Shown here piece after piece: positions 1 through 8,174 of a stretch of DNA of 64,000 bases (its first letter is position 1; every line of letters begins with the position of its first letter). Position numbers and translations under genes: made by a program. Location: the NCBI GenBank assembly GCA_046598045.1, contig JBKJJJ010000174.1, positions 49,291 to 113,290 on the forward strand, given 5' to 3'. Source of the stretch: Candidatus Eiseniibacteriota bacterium. GTDB lineage: Bacteria > Eisenbacteria > RBG-16-71-46 > DASYSL01. Under the pieces are notes generated by a model, which did no database searches, was not told the DNA's origin, and worked only from the letters and a program-made list of their open reading frames with translations.

Positions 1-985
1 GCATGAACGCGACGTAGCCCAGGTTGTCCCCGACTCGTGCGAGCTCCGGGTGACCCGGCGGATAGGCCTTGATCCAGATTGCCTGCGCGTGCAGGTACAG
101 CGTCTCGGCCGCTGCGAAGTTGCCGAGCTCGCGCTGCGCGTTGCCCTCGTTGTTGTAGCTGCTCCCAACCGCCGGATGCCCCGGAGGCATGCGCTCGATG
201 AAGATCGCGCGCGAGCGTTCGTACATCGGGATCGCCTCGGCCTGGTCGCCGAGACGCCGCAGCGTGCCGGCAAGCCCGTGGAGACCCTTGCCGACGTTCA
301 TGCCGGTCGGACCCTCGAGCTTCTCCCACGTCCTCAGGACGTCCTCGTAACGCGCGCGCGCCTCGACGTACTGGCCGAGGTCGTTCATGAGCACTGCAAG
401 GTTGTAGGTATTGCCGGCGACCTCGCCCGGATCCGCGCCGGGCGTCGCACGCCACACCGAGTCGGCCTGCACGTACGCCGCGCGCGCGTTCGTGAAGCCC
501 TGCGACAGGTAATAGAGCCTCCCGACGCCGTTGAGATTCCGCGCAAGGCCGCTTGCGTCGTTCGAACGTTCACGGATCCGTCGCGCGCCGGTCTGCGCGG
601 CGATCGCAGGCGGGAAGTCGAAGAGCACTCCGAGCACGCCTGCGAGCTGCTCGAGGCTGGTCGCGAGCTCAGGAGACCCCGGCTGCAGGCGCTGCCGGAT
701 CCGGACGCTGCGTTCGGCCAGCGCGCGCGACGCGGAGTCGCGCACCGAGCTGCGAACGAGCCGGCCCTCGAGGACGAGATCCTGCACGCCAGCCAGCTCG
801 ATCGACGCCGTGTCCGCACGAGACTCGAATTCACCGATGACCTTCTGGCCGAGTGAGTCTGCGGGCGCGAAGCGGCGGGATCGAACCTGCGCGCGGAGCG
901 AGTCGACCTCGGCGGGCGACGCAAGTGCGGTCCGGGGCGCCGGGGCGAGCGCCAGGGCAATCGCCAGGATCCATGCGCGCCTCAT
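1..985 (-). CDS. Secreted tetratricopeptide repeat protein (42-aa TPR_12-type repeats), runs off the window; possibly a TPR-CHAT protease
   Basis: Not in ORF track (no stop in window). My translation from ATG 985: MRRAWILAIALALAPAPRTALA (signal peptide), then repeats such as NTYNLAVLMNDLGQYVEARARYE and GHPELARVGDNLG. ATGA overlap with upstream stop. Confidence 0.8.
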   Translation of the reverse strand, partial: MRRAWILAIALALAPAPRTALASPAEVDSLRAQVRSRRFAPADSLGQKVIGEFESRADTASIELAGVQDLVLEGRLVRSSVRDSASRALAERSVRIRQRLQPGSPELATSLEQLAGVLGVLFDFPPAIAAQTGARRIRERSNDASGLARNLNGVGRLYYLSQGFTNARAAYVQADSVWRATPGADPGEVAGNTYNLAVLMNDLGQYVEARARYEDVLRTWEKLEGPTGMNVGKGLHGLAGTLRRLGDQAEAIPMYERSRAIFIERMPPGHPAVGSSYNNEGNAQRELGNFAAAETLYLHAQAIWIKAYPPGHPELARVGDNLGYVAFM

Positions 986-1953
986 CGTGTGCGCACTGAG
1001 AGTTGGAACCACGAGTCCTGGAAGTCCTTCGTCGGATTTGCGGCGCTGGCAATCCGGAGCCGGTACAGGCCCGACACGAAGCCGTGCTCGCCGCGCGGGA
1101 CCGCGATGCGCGGTGTGTCGGCGAACGAGCTCAACCGATCCTCTCGCCGAACCAGCAGGACGTGACTTGGATCCACAACCGTCACGATCACACGGCCATC
1201 GGGATCGAACGGGGGCAGGTCGAACTCAACGGGGATCAGGTCGACGCCCGCATGGATCGTGTCGGCCGGGGCGCCCGGCGCGCGATCGGCGGCCGTGCGG
1301 ATCGGGGTGCCGACGATCGCGGCGGACAGGTTCGGGGTCGATGGGGTCTCGACGGGAGCCGGCGGCGGGCTCACGGGGGCGGGTGCCGGCGTTCCGTGAT
1401 CGACCGGCGCGGGCGCAACCGGCGTACCGGTCGCCGGGCCGCCCGGCGCCGGGCGATTCATCGGGTTCACGACCAGGATCAGCACCGCGGCCGCCGCGGC
1501 GACCAGCCCGCCGAAGGCGCTGCCCGTCCAGAATTCCCGCGATCGCCAGCGCGGCTGCGGCATGGGCACGACACGGGCCGTGTTCTGCGACAATAGGTCG
1601 AGCACCTCCCGGGACGGCTCGAGCCCGGCAACGTGCTTCAATTCGGGCGCGTGCCCGAGGTGCTTCAGGATTGCGCGGCATTCCTCGCACTCCACGAGGT
1701 GGCGCCGCGCGAGCTCGCGCTGGAGCCCGCGCAACGCGGGAGCCTGCTCGCCCCAGTGAATGATGAGTGGTTCGGGCAGGTGCCGCGACGGAGCGGCACC
1801 CGAGGCTCGTGCACGCTCGAGGACCTCGCGGCATTCGTCGCACAAAGCGGCATGCCGCTCGACCCGGTCGTCGTCGGCCGGGTCCAACAGACCCGCCGCG
1901 AACGGCGCGAGTTGACGCCGCGTCCAGTCGTGGTCGTCAGGCGCCGGCGTCAC
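982..1953 (-). CDS. Anti-sigma factor with two zf-HC2 (ZAS) motifs, TM helix, Pro-rich linker and extracytoplasmic domain
   Basis: HAALCDEC and HLVECEEC motifs; TM segment AFGGLVAAAAAVLILVV; GTG 1953 overlaps the sigma stop (GTGA) with GGAG upstream. Confidence 0.8.
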   Translation of the reverse strand: MTPAPDDHDWTRRQLAPFAAGLLDPADDDRVERHAALCDECREVLERARASGAAPSRHLPEPLIIHWGEQAPALRGLQRELARRHLVECEECRAILKHLGHAPELKHVAGLEPSREVLDLLSQNTARVVPMPQPRWRSREFWTGSAFGGLVAAAAAVLILVVNPMNRPAPGGPATGTPVAPAPVDHGTPAPAPVSPPPAPVETPSTPNLSAAIVGTPIRTAADRAPGAPADTIHAGVDLIPVEFDLPPFDPDGRVIVTVVDPSHVLLVRREDRLSSFADTPRIAVPRGEHGFVSGLYRLRIASAANPTKDFQDSWFQLSVRTR

Positions 1954-2516
1954 GCGGACTCCAATCGCGAGCGGAACCACTGACCGAGGGGTCCGTCATC
2001 TGACTTGCAGATCGTGCGGGCGCGGTCGCGGCAGCGCACGGACCGCTGACGCACGGTCGCGTGACTGAGTCCCAGTTTCTCGGCGACTAATCGCAGGTTG
2101 AGCGTGGTGAGCCAGTGCTCGAACAGTTCCCGGCACTGCCCCCCGAGCGACCGCATGATCTCCTGGATGTAGAACTGCGCGTCCTCGGGGCGTAGCTCGT
2201 CGTCGTCGAGTTCGGGCAGTGGCATGGGCAGGTCCTTCTCCGGCAGCGGCTCTGTTCGAGGGCGCCAACGCATGCGATCGATCGCGACACGCCTGGCGAT
2301 CTCCACCTCGAGTGCGACCTGGTTGTCGATCGGCCCGCGCAGGACGGCGCGCATCACCCGGATGCAGGCATCCTGCGCCAGGTCCTCGAGCTCGTCGGGA
2401 CCCACGAGACGTGTCAGGTTCGCCGCGATCACCCGCCTCATACGCGCCCTCGCCTCCTCCCAGTTCACCTGATCGAGCGGGCCGCCGCCTTCGGGCGACC
2501 GGTTGTCCAGGGTCAT
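1950..2516 (-). CDS. ECF-family RNA polymerase sigma factor
   Basis: Region 2 (EDLAQDACIRV...IARRVAIDRMR) and region 4 HTH (LRLVAEKLGLSHATVRQRSVRCR); ATG 2516 with GAGGA upstream. Confidence 0.85.
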   Translation of the reverse strand: MTLDNRSPEGGGPLDQVNWEEARARMRRVIAANLTRLVGPDELEDLAQDACIRVMRAVLRGPIDNQVALEVEIARRVAIDRMRWRPRTEPLPEKDLPMPLPELDDDELRPEDAQFYIQEIMRSLGGQCRELFEHWLTTLNLRLVAEKLGLSHATVRQRSVRCRDRARTICKSDDGPLGQWFRSRLESA

Positions 2517-2546
2517 ATCGGACCGATCCTCGGGTCTGGGAGTGGA

Positions 2547-2571
2547 GTCGGGCTGCGGGCAGGGGTGTGAC
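2547..2571 (-). promoter_or_regulatory. Putative ECF promoter of the sigma operon (GTCACA-N15-CGAC)
   Basis: Minus strand tGTCACAcccctgcccgcagccCGACtc, about 30 nt upstream of the sigma ATG; motif recurs at 2683 and 4244. Confidence 0.55.
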
Positions 2572-2682
2572 AACTCGGCCGTCTAGTATCCGGCAGCGGT
2601 CCCCCGGAATCAATCCCGTATATTGCCAAGCCTATTCCTGCTAGGGGATTGCCGCCGGCGCGACAAGCTAACAAATTCCCGC

Positions 2683-2706
2683 GTCACACTTGGCCGACCG
2701 CTCGAC
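2683..2706 (+). promoter_or_regulatory. Putative ECF promoter (GTCACA-N14-CGAC) of the acyltransferase operon
   Basis: GTCACActtggccgaccgctCGAC, about 50 nt upstream of ATG 2756. Confidence 0.55.
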
Positions 2707-2755
2707 CTCCTCCGCGAAGGTCACTGGATCACCGATCCGTCCCGAGGAGCTCGCG

Positions 2756-3571
2756 ATGAACCCGAACTGGATTGAGATCGCTCCGATCGTCCACTCCCGG
2801 ACCGAATTCGTCTTTCGAGACGTGCGTGGCAGGGAGGAATTGCTGCAGGTGCTTGCGCTGAGGTACCGCCTCTACTCGACGACTCCGGGCATGTGCCGGC
2901 TCGACTCGGTCGACCACGCGACCCGGCTCGACTTCGATACCTATGACCTGAACTCACGGCACTTCGGATTGTTTGCCCGCAACGGATCGGACGACCGCCT
3001 GGTCGGCACGCTTCGCGCCACCGGAACCCGGACGGGGCCGATGGCGGGCTTGTTGCGGGAGATCGCCTCCGCCCACCCGACGCTCGAGGCGCGAGTCGCG
3101 AAGGGTACGACCGAGCTCCTGCCCATGCTGGCGGACCTCGCCCAAGCCCCGGCCGTACGCGAGGCCATCCGGTTGCGCAGCGGGGAGGAGATCGCCGAGC
3201 CCGGGCGGCTGACGGTCGACCCGCGGGTTCGTCTCGCCGCGGGGCGGCGCGGGATCCGGCTGTCGCACTTCCTCGTGCACTGCGCGCTGGCGGTGGGCTG
3301 GGATCAGCTCGGGCTCGATCGGGTCTACGTCTATTGCAACGAGCGACTGGATTCGTTCTACCGCCGCGTCGGGTTCTATCCGCTCCCGGGAGGCGAGTCG
3401 ACGTTCCAGCAGAAGCAACAAATCCCGATGGTCGTGTTCCAGGCGACCCCGGCCTCGCTCCCCGTCGACCTGCGCCCTGAGATCGAACTCTGCGCCCGGC
3501 AGTTGCGCGAACGCGGCGAGGCGATTCGCGAGCTTCTCGAGCCGACGGAGACCCGCTGCGCCGCAGCCTAG
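2756..3571 (+). CDS. N-acyl amino acid synthase (FeeM-like) / acyl-homoserine-lactone-synthase-fold GNAT
   Basis: LRYRLY, DTYD..SRHF, VGTLR, EPGRL, FYRRVGF motifs; GAGGAG RBS before ATG 2756. Confidence 0.7.
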   Translation: MNPNWIEIAPIVHSRTEFVFRDVRGREELLQVLALRYRLYSTTPGMCRLDSVDHATRLDFDTYDLNSRHFGLFARNGSDDRLVGTLRATGTRTGPMAGLLREIASAHPTLEARVAKGTTELLPMLADLAQAPAVREAIRLRSGEEIAEPGRLTVDPRVRLAAGRRGIRLSHFLVHCALAVGWDQLGLDRVYVYCNERLDSFYRRVGFYPLPGGESTFQQKQQIPMVVFQATPASLPVDLRPEIELCARQLRERGEAIRELLEPTETRCAAA

Positions 3572-3599
3572 GCGCCACCCTACCTCAGAGGAGCCAGCG

Positions 3600-4235
3600 A
3601 TGTGGAACCGAGTCGTTCGAAACGCGATCGTCGTTGCCGCCATCTTCCTGCTTCCCCTCGCCGCGAGACCGGACCACCTGCGGCATCCCGCGCCCTGGCT
3701 TGCCGCCGCGGTGGCGCTCGTAGTGCTGATGTCGCAGCCGGCCGTCGACCTTTGCGAATCGGCCTCGCGCGACGCATCCGATCGCGGATCGGCGCTCGGC
3801 ATCTTTGCCGCGATGATCGGGGCCCAGGTTGCGTCCTCGCTCCAGTTCGCGGCGGGCCCGGCTGCACAGCCCGCTTGGACCCTCGCAGGCGGCGCCCTGC
3901 TCGTCGTGACCGGGCTCGCGCTCCGGCTTTGGGCGATCCGCACGCTCGGGCGCTTCTTCACGAGCACGGTGCGCGTGGCCGAGTCGCACCGTGTCGTTCA
4001 GGGCGGCCCGTACCAACTGCTCCGTCACCCGTCGTATACCGGCGCGCTCATGACCGCGCTCGGCACCGCGGCGTTGCTCGGCAGCACGGTCGGAGCGGCG
4101 CTGGTCGCCGTGCTATGCGTGCCCGCCTACCTGTATCGAATCGCCACTGAAGAGCGCGCGCTCATGAACGCGCTCGGTGCCGAGTACGCGGAGTATCGCA
4201 GCCGGACCTGGGGCGTCCTCCCCGGGTTGCGGTGA
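3600..4235 (+). CDS. Isoprenylcysteine carboxyl methyltransferase (ICMT/PEMT) family membrane protein
   Basis: LGRFFT, HRVVQGGPYQLLRHPSYTG, RIATEERAL motifs; several TM helices. Confidence 0.9.
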   Translation: MWNRVVRNAIVVAAIFLLPLAARPDHLRHPAPWLAAAVALVVLMSQPAVDLCESASRDASDRGSALGIFAAMIGAQVASSLQFAAGPAAQPAWTLAGGALLVVTGLALRLWAIRTLGRFFTSTVRVAESHRVVQGGPYQLLRHPSYTGALMTALGTAALLGSTVGAALVAVLCVPAYLYRIATEERALMNALGAEYAEYRSRTWGVLPGLR

Positions 4236-4243
4236 GTTAGCCG

Positions 4244-4267
4244 GTCACAGATCCGATCGGGCACGAC
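4244..4267 (+). promoter_or_regulatory. Putative ECF promoter (GTCACA-N14-CGAC) of the PKD lipoprotein operon
   Basis: GTCACAgatccgatcgggcaCGAC in the intergenic gap, about 60 nt upstream of ATG 4330. Confidence 0.55.
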
Positions 4268-4329
4268 TTCCCAGCATACCGGCGGATCGAGCCCCGGATC
4301 GCGAACGAGTTCAACAGTGGAGGTGGTCG

Positions 4330-5166
4330 ATGCAGGGAGTCCTGAAGTCCAGATGGGTGGTTGCGGTGCGCGTCGCACTCCTGTCGACGGCGCTCATTCT
4401 CGGGGGTTGCGGAAAAGACAAGATCTCCGATCCCCAGACGGTGGTGACTCCGGGTGGCGGGACGGATCCGGTTCCTCACGCGGTGATCGGCGCGAATCGA
4501 TACACGGGTGACGCCCCGTTCGTCGTGAGCTTCAGCAATCAGTCGACCAACGGCACCAGGTGCGAGTGGTCGTTCGGCGATGGCGCGAGTTCCACGGAGT
4601 GGAGCCCGAGCCATACCTACACCAGCCTGGGGCGCTATACGGCGAACCTTACCGTGTACAACTCGAAAGGCGCGACTTCGACCGACCAGCGTGTCGTCAC
4701 GGCGTACTTGCTCGTCCGACCGTTCGGGGTCGGCGGTAGGGTCTTCGGCCCGTACTACCCCAGTCTCACCCAGGGGGACTGCGACTTTGGCGGGCATGGC
4801 CCGGACGTCTGGATGGACGCCAAGCTGTCGGTCGCGTCCAGCAATCCCGCCCGACTCCAACTCAACGCATCGATGCGCGCGGTCGAGACCCAGGCCGACT
4901 GGACGACCGGTGTCGTGAATGTGGCCACCATCATCTACACGGCGCCGTCAGGAACGCGGATCGAAACCCTTCCCGACGTCAGCGAGCTCCACGAGGCGTA
5001 TCAGGACAACGGATGGGGTCTCGCGACGACCGCCGGCAATGCGCTGGGGAGCTTCACGTGGAAGGGCGATACGGATGGAAATGACGTCTGCGGAACGACC
5101 TCGGACGACACTCAGATGTTCGTGAACATCAAGGGCATTCAGCTGCGCCTGGGTCCGAGCCAATGA
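4330..5166 (+). CDS. PKD-domain lipoprotein
   Basis: Lipobox LGGC; PKD signature WSFGDG..S....PSHTY...G.Y; GGAGG RBS. Confidence 0.85.
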   Translation: MQGVLKSRWVVAVRVALLSTALILGGCGKDKISDPQTVVTPGGGTDPVPHAVIGANRYTGDAPFVVSFSNQSTNGTRCEWSFGDGASSTEWSPSHTYTSLGRYTANLTVYNSKGATSTDQRVVTAYLLVRPFGVGGRVFGPYYPSLTQGDCDFGGHGPDVWMDAKLSVASSNPARLQLNASMRAVETQADWTTGVVNVATIIYTAPSGTRIETLPDVSELHEAYQDNGWGLATTAGNALGSFTWKGDTDGNDVCGTTSDDTQMFVNIKGIQLRLGPSQ

Positions 5167-6497
5167 GCGCTCCCAGCGGTGTTGCTCACGAGGGGAGGCT
5201 CCCGATGACGCTTTGCTTCCGCGCGCGATTTGCAGCTCGAGCCCTAGCATTGGTGGCGTTCGCCATCGGACTATTCGCCGGGGTCGCGCATGCCGTGGAC
5301 ACCGAACCGGCAGTACCGCCGATTCCGACTCGCCCGCCGAATTTCGTATCCAAGAACCCCACGATCCAATCGGGGCCGAACCTTCGGTACATAAACGGCC
5401 CCGTGATTGCCAACGTCAAGATCGCGATGGTCCTCTATGGAACGGGTCCTCACGACCCACACGTCGCTGGGACCGTTCCGCCGAGCATGCCTTTCTACTA
5501 TCAGGACATTGTCGATGACTGCGCCTTGGACTGGTTGAGCGAATACAGCACTCCGAGCCAGGCAATCGGGCGTGGAACGTTTCTGGGAATGAATCGCGTC
5601 ACTCCCAGTGCCGGCCGTAGCGGCTCGAGCCTCACGGACCAGAATTTCCGTGATGAATTGGCGCACCAGATCGACATCCAGGCCATCCCGCGACCGGATG
5701 CGAATACTCTCTACATGGTCCACATGGATCAGGGCCAGACGGTCAGTTTGGGAAAGGATGTTCTGTGCGCGACCATGGGCGGTTACCACTCCAGCTTCAG
5801 CCACAACGGGGCGCCGATTTACTACGCCGTTCTTCCGGACCCGAGCACCTGTGGCTACCAGACGATCCAGGTGCTCATGGGATCGGCGTTTCACGAGATC
5901 ATCGAGGCCATCACGGACCCCGTGGCAGGGAAGGGCTGGTACGACCCCGATTTCGTGTATGTCTCGGGGACTTCCGGCGCGGAAGTCGCTGACATTTGTG
6001 ATCCCAGCCCCGTCTTGTTCACGGGTCGCACGAGCAATGACTTCACAATCGAGACCGGATGGTCCAACCAGCGAGGAACTTGCTACACGGGCCTGGACTC
6101 GGTCCAGCTGATCAGCCCCTCGAACGGGGCGGGGTGTGTGAGCGTGAGCGGCACGCTGCACTGGTCTCCGGTCTCGGGCTCGACCAGCTACAAGGTTTCG
6201 ATCAGCAACGCGTCCTACTTTCCGGGCCATATTGTTGAAGCGGGTAAAGGGAGCTCGGGCTCATACAGCTTTGGCCCGCTCCAGCCTCTCACTGCCTACT
6301 ACTGGCAGGTGAAAGCCGTGGTTCAGTCGGGCTCTGCGGAGAGCCCGTCTGTGGTCCGATCTTTCGTGACCGGCCCGAATCCGCCTACGATGCCGGTCGT
6401 GTCCTATCCCGCCGACGGAGCGGTCCAACTGCCGGCGAATGGGCAGTTCGCCTGGCAACCCGTACCCGGCGCCACGAACTATCATGTCATCGTGTAG
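5163..6497 (+). CDS. N-terminal part of a secreted multidomain protein (HExxE-TDP domain, Phi-1/EXORDIUM-like, plus FN3-like repeats), ended by an in-frame TAG
   Basis: Signal peptide (alternative ATG 5205 with GGAGG); GGYHS...HEIIEAITDP...GWYD...EVADIC; ORF stops mid FN3 repeat. Confidence 0.7.
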   Translation: MSAPSGVAHEGRLPMTLCFRARFAARALALVAFAIGLFAGVAHAVDTEPAVPPIPTRPPNFVSKNPTIQSGPNLRYINGPVIANVKIAMVLYGTGPHDPHVAGTVPPSMPFYYQDIVDDCALDWLSEYSTPSQAIGRGTFLGMNRVTPSAGRSGSSLTDQNFRDELAHQIDIQAIPRPDANTLYMVHMDQGQTVSLGKDVLCATMGGYHSSFSHNGAPIYYAVLPDPSTCGYQTIQVLMGSAFHEIIEAITDPVAGKGWYDPDFVYVSGTSGAEVADICDPSPVLFTGRTSNDFTIETGWSNQRGTCYTGLDSVQLISPSNGAGCVSVSGTLHWSPVSGSTSYKVSISNASYFPGHIVEAGKGSSGSYSFGPLQPLTAYYWQVKAVVQSGSAESPSVVRSFVTGPNPPTMPVVSYPADGAVQLPANGQFAWQPVPGATNYHVIV

Positions 6498-6515
6498 TGC
6501 GCCGCGGGCGATGTC

Positions 6516-7997
6516 GTGGCGTCCTCCGTGGTGGCCGCGAGTACTTACTCGTACAGCCTGTCACCAGCGACTTACTCGTGGCAGGTGTACGCCACGGATC
6601 AGTGCGGGCAATCGAGCGTCCTCTCACCCTCTCGAGCCTTCACCGTCGGAAACGGATCAAGCTGTCCCGCGCCGAACAAGCTGATGCCAAGCGATGGCGC
6701 GGCGTGTCAACCGACCTCCGGCACTCTGCGGTGGGAGGCGGTCCCAGGGGCCACGGGGTACTTCGTCGACCTGCGATCCGGCACCTGCGATCACTTCAAG
6801 CCCAGTTCGACGCCGGTCCACGTGACAACGAACGCATACGACTATGCCGGGCTGCATGCCGATGCGTCCTACTCTTGGGCTGTGAAGTCCGACTGTGCAT
6901 GCGGGGCGTGTTCCACCTGTGCCAGCTTCAGGACAGCCGCGGATGCGTCCAGCTATCCTCCGCCCAAGTTGGCCTCCCCGGCGAACCTTGCCAAGAACAT
7001 CCCAAGCAGCGGTACGTTGAGCTGGCAGGGCGTTCCCAATGCGGTGGGATATCGCGTACAGATCGGAACGGCGTGTGGCACCGGGGCGGAGCAGGACGTC
7101 ACCGCTCCGAGCGTACCCTACTCGGGCCTCGCCGAGGGAACAACGCACTATTGGAAAGTGCGCGCCAGATACGACTGCGGCGGGCTCGGATCGTACTCCA
7201 GCTGCTACAGCTTCACGACCGATCGCGTGACGGGTATCAATCGGGTCTACTTCCCGTCCGATCTCGCTTTCGCGCGAGGTCAGACGCACGCCTCGATCCC
7301 GGTGCGAGTCGAGAATCTGGGACTGATCGAGGGCGGGCAGATTACGGTGGAACTCAATCCCGCGGTCTTCACCTATCGAGGATGTTCGCTTGCAGGCACG
7401 CGGGGCGACGGCGGAGCATCCCTGGTCGGTCAACTCGATGCGTCGCACACTCGAGTCCGGTTCACTCTCTCGTACTCGGCGACAGGGAGTTGCCCGCCAT
7501 CCATTCCGGCGGGCCTCGGCGATCTGTTTGACATCCTGGTCGACGTCCCGGCCACGGCTCCGCTCGGCTCGACCGCGATCGGGCTCCCTTCGCCGGCCAA
7601 GCTTGATGCATGCGCCGATCACGGCACGCACTCGGTCAGCGCAGTGCTGCAGCCGGGTTCGGCCCGGATTGCCGAGTCGGTCGCCGTGGGAGATCCCCCG
7701 GCTGAGTCGCCTGAGCCGGGAAGGCTTCAGCTTCTCGCACCATTCCCGAATCCTGCTCGATCCGGCGCGATGATTCGATTCAGCGCTCCCGCGGCAGGCC
7801 GGGTAATCGTCACGCTCTACGACATCGCAGGGCGAGAGGCCGCCAGAATCGCCGATGAGGATTTCACAGCCGGCTGGCATGAGCTTCGCTGGGATGGCCG
7901 CGGGCTCAATGGGGTTCTCCTGGCGAGCGGGGTCTACGCGCTTCGCGTCAGCGGGGGCGGCCAGACGAGAATTCAGCACATGATCCTGATTCGCTGA
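6516..7997 (+). CDS. C-terminal part of the same protein: FN3-like repeats, cohesin-like domain, FlgD-Ig/T9SS-like C-terminal domain
   Basis: Same frame as 5163..6497, no signal peptide; W..VPGATGY repeats; PFPNP...YDIAGR...WDG...ASGVY tail. Confidence 0.75.
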   Translation: MASSVVAASTYSYSLSPATYSWQVYATDQCGQSSVLSPSRAFTVGNGSSCPAPNKLMPSDGAACQPTSGTLRWEAVPGATGYFVDLRSGTCDHFKPSSTPVHVTTNAYDYAGLHADASYSWAVKSDCACGACSTCASFRTAADASSYPPPKLASPANLAKNIPSSGTLSWQGVPNAVGYRVQIGTACGTGAEQDVTAPSVPYSGLAEGTTHYWKVRARYDCGGLGSYSSCYSFTTDRVTGINRVYFPSDLAFARGQTHASIPVRVENLGLIEGGQITVELNPAVFTYRGCSLAGTRGDGGASLVGQLDASHTRVRFTLSYSATGSCPPSIPAGLGDLFDILVDVPATAPLGSTAIGLPSPAKLDACADHGTHSVSAVLQPGSARIAESVAVGDPPAESPEPGRLQLLAPFPNPARSGAMIRFSAPAAGRVIVTLYDIAGREAARIADEDFTAGWHELRWDGRGLNGVLLASGVYALRVSGGGQTRIQHMILIR

Positions 7998-8174
7998 CAA
8001 ATACTCGCGGAATCGCGGTATTTCGTAACGCTCCGGGCACCCGCCGCGTTGCGGTCGCCCTGGTAAGGCGTCTTGACGGGGCCCCCGCGGGCAATAGTGT
8101 CGTTGTCCCCCCCGCTTTCCTCAGCACCCCAAACTAGGGGTCTCCAGGTTCCAGAGGAAGGAAGTGTTTCGACC

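Noticed and set aside
8024..8050. CGTAAC-N17-CGTT ECF-like promoter before 8175
   Set aside because: Single occurrence and different from the GTCACA/CGAC motif; unsupported
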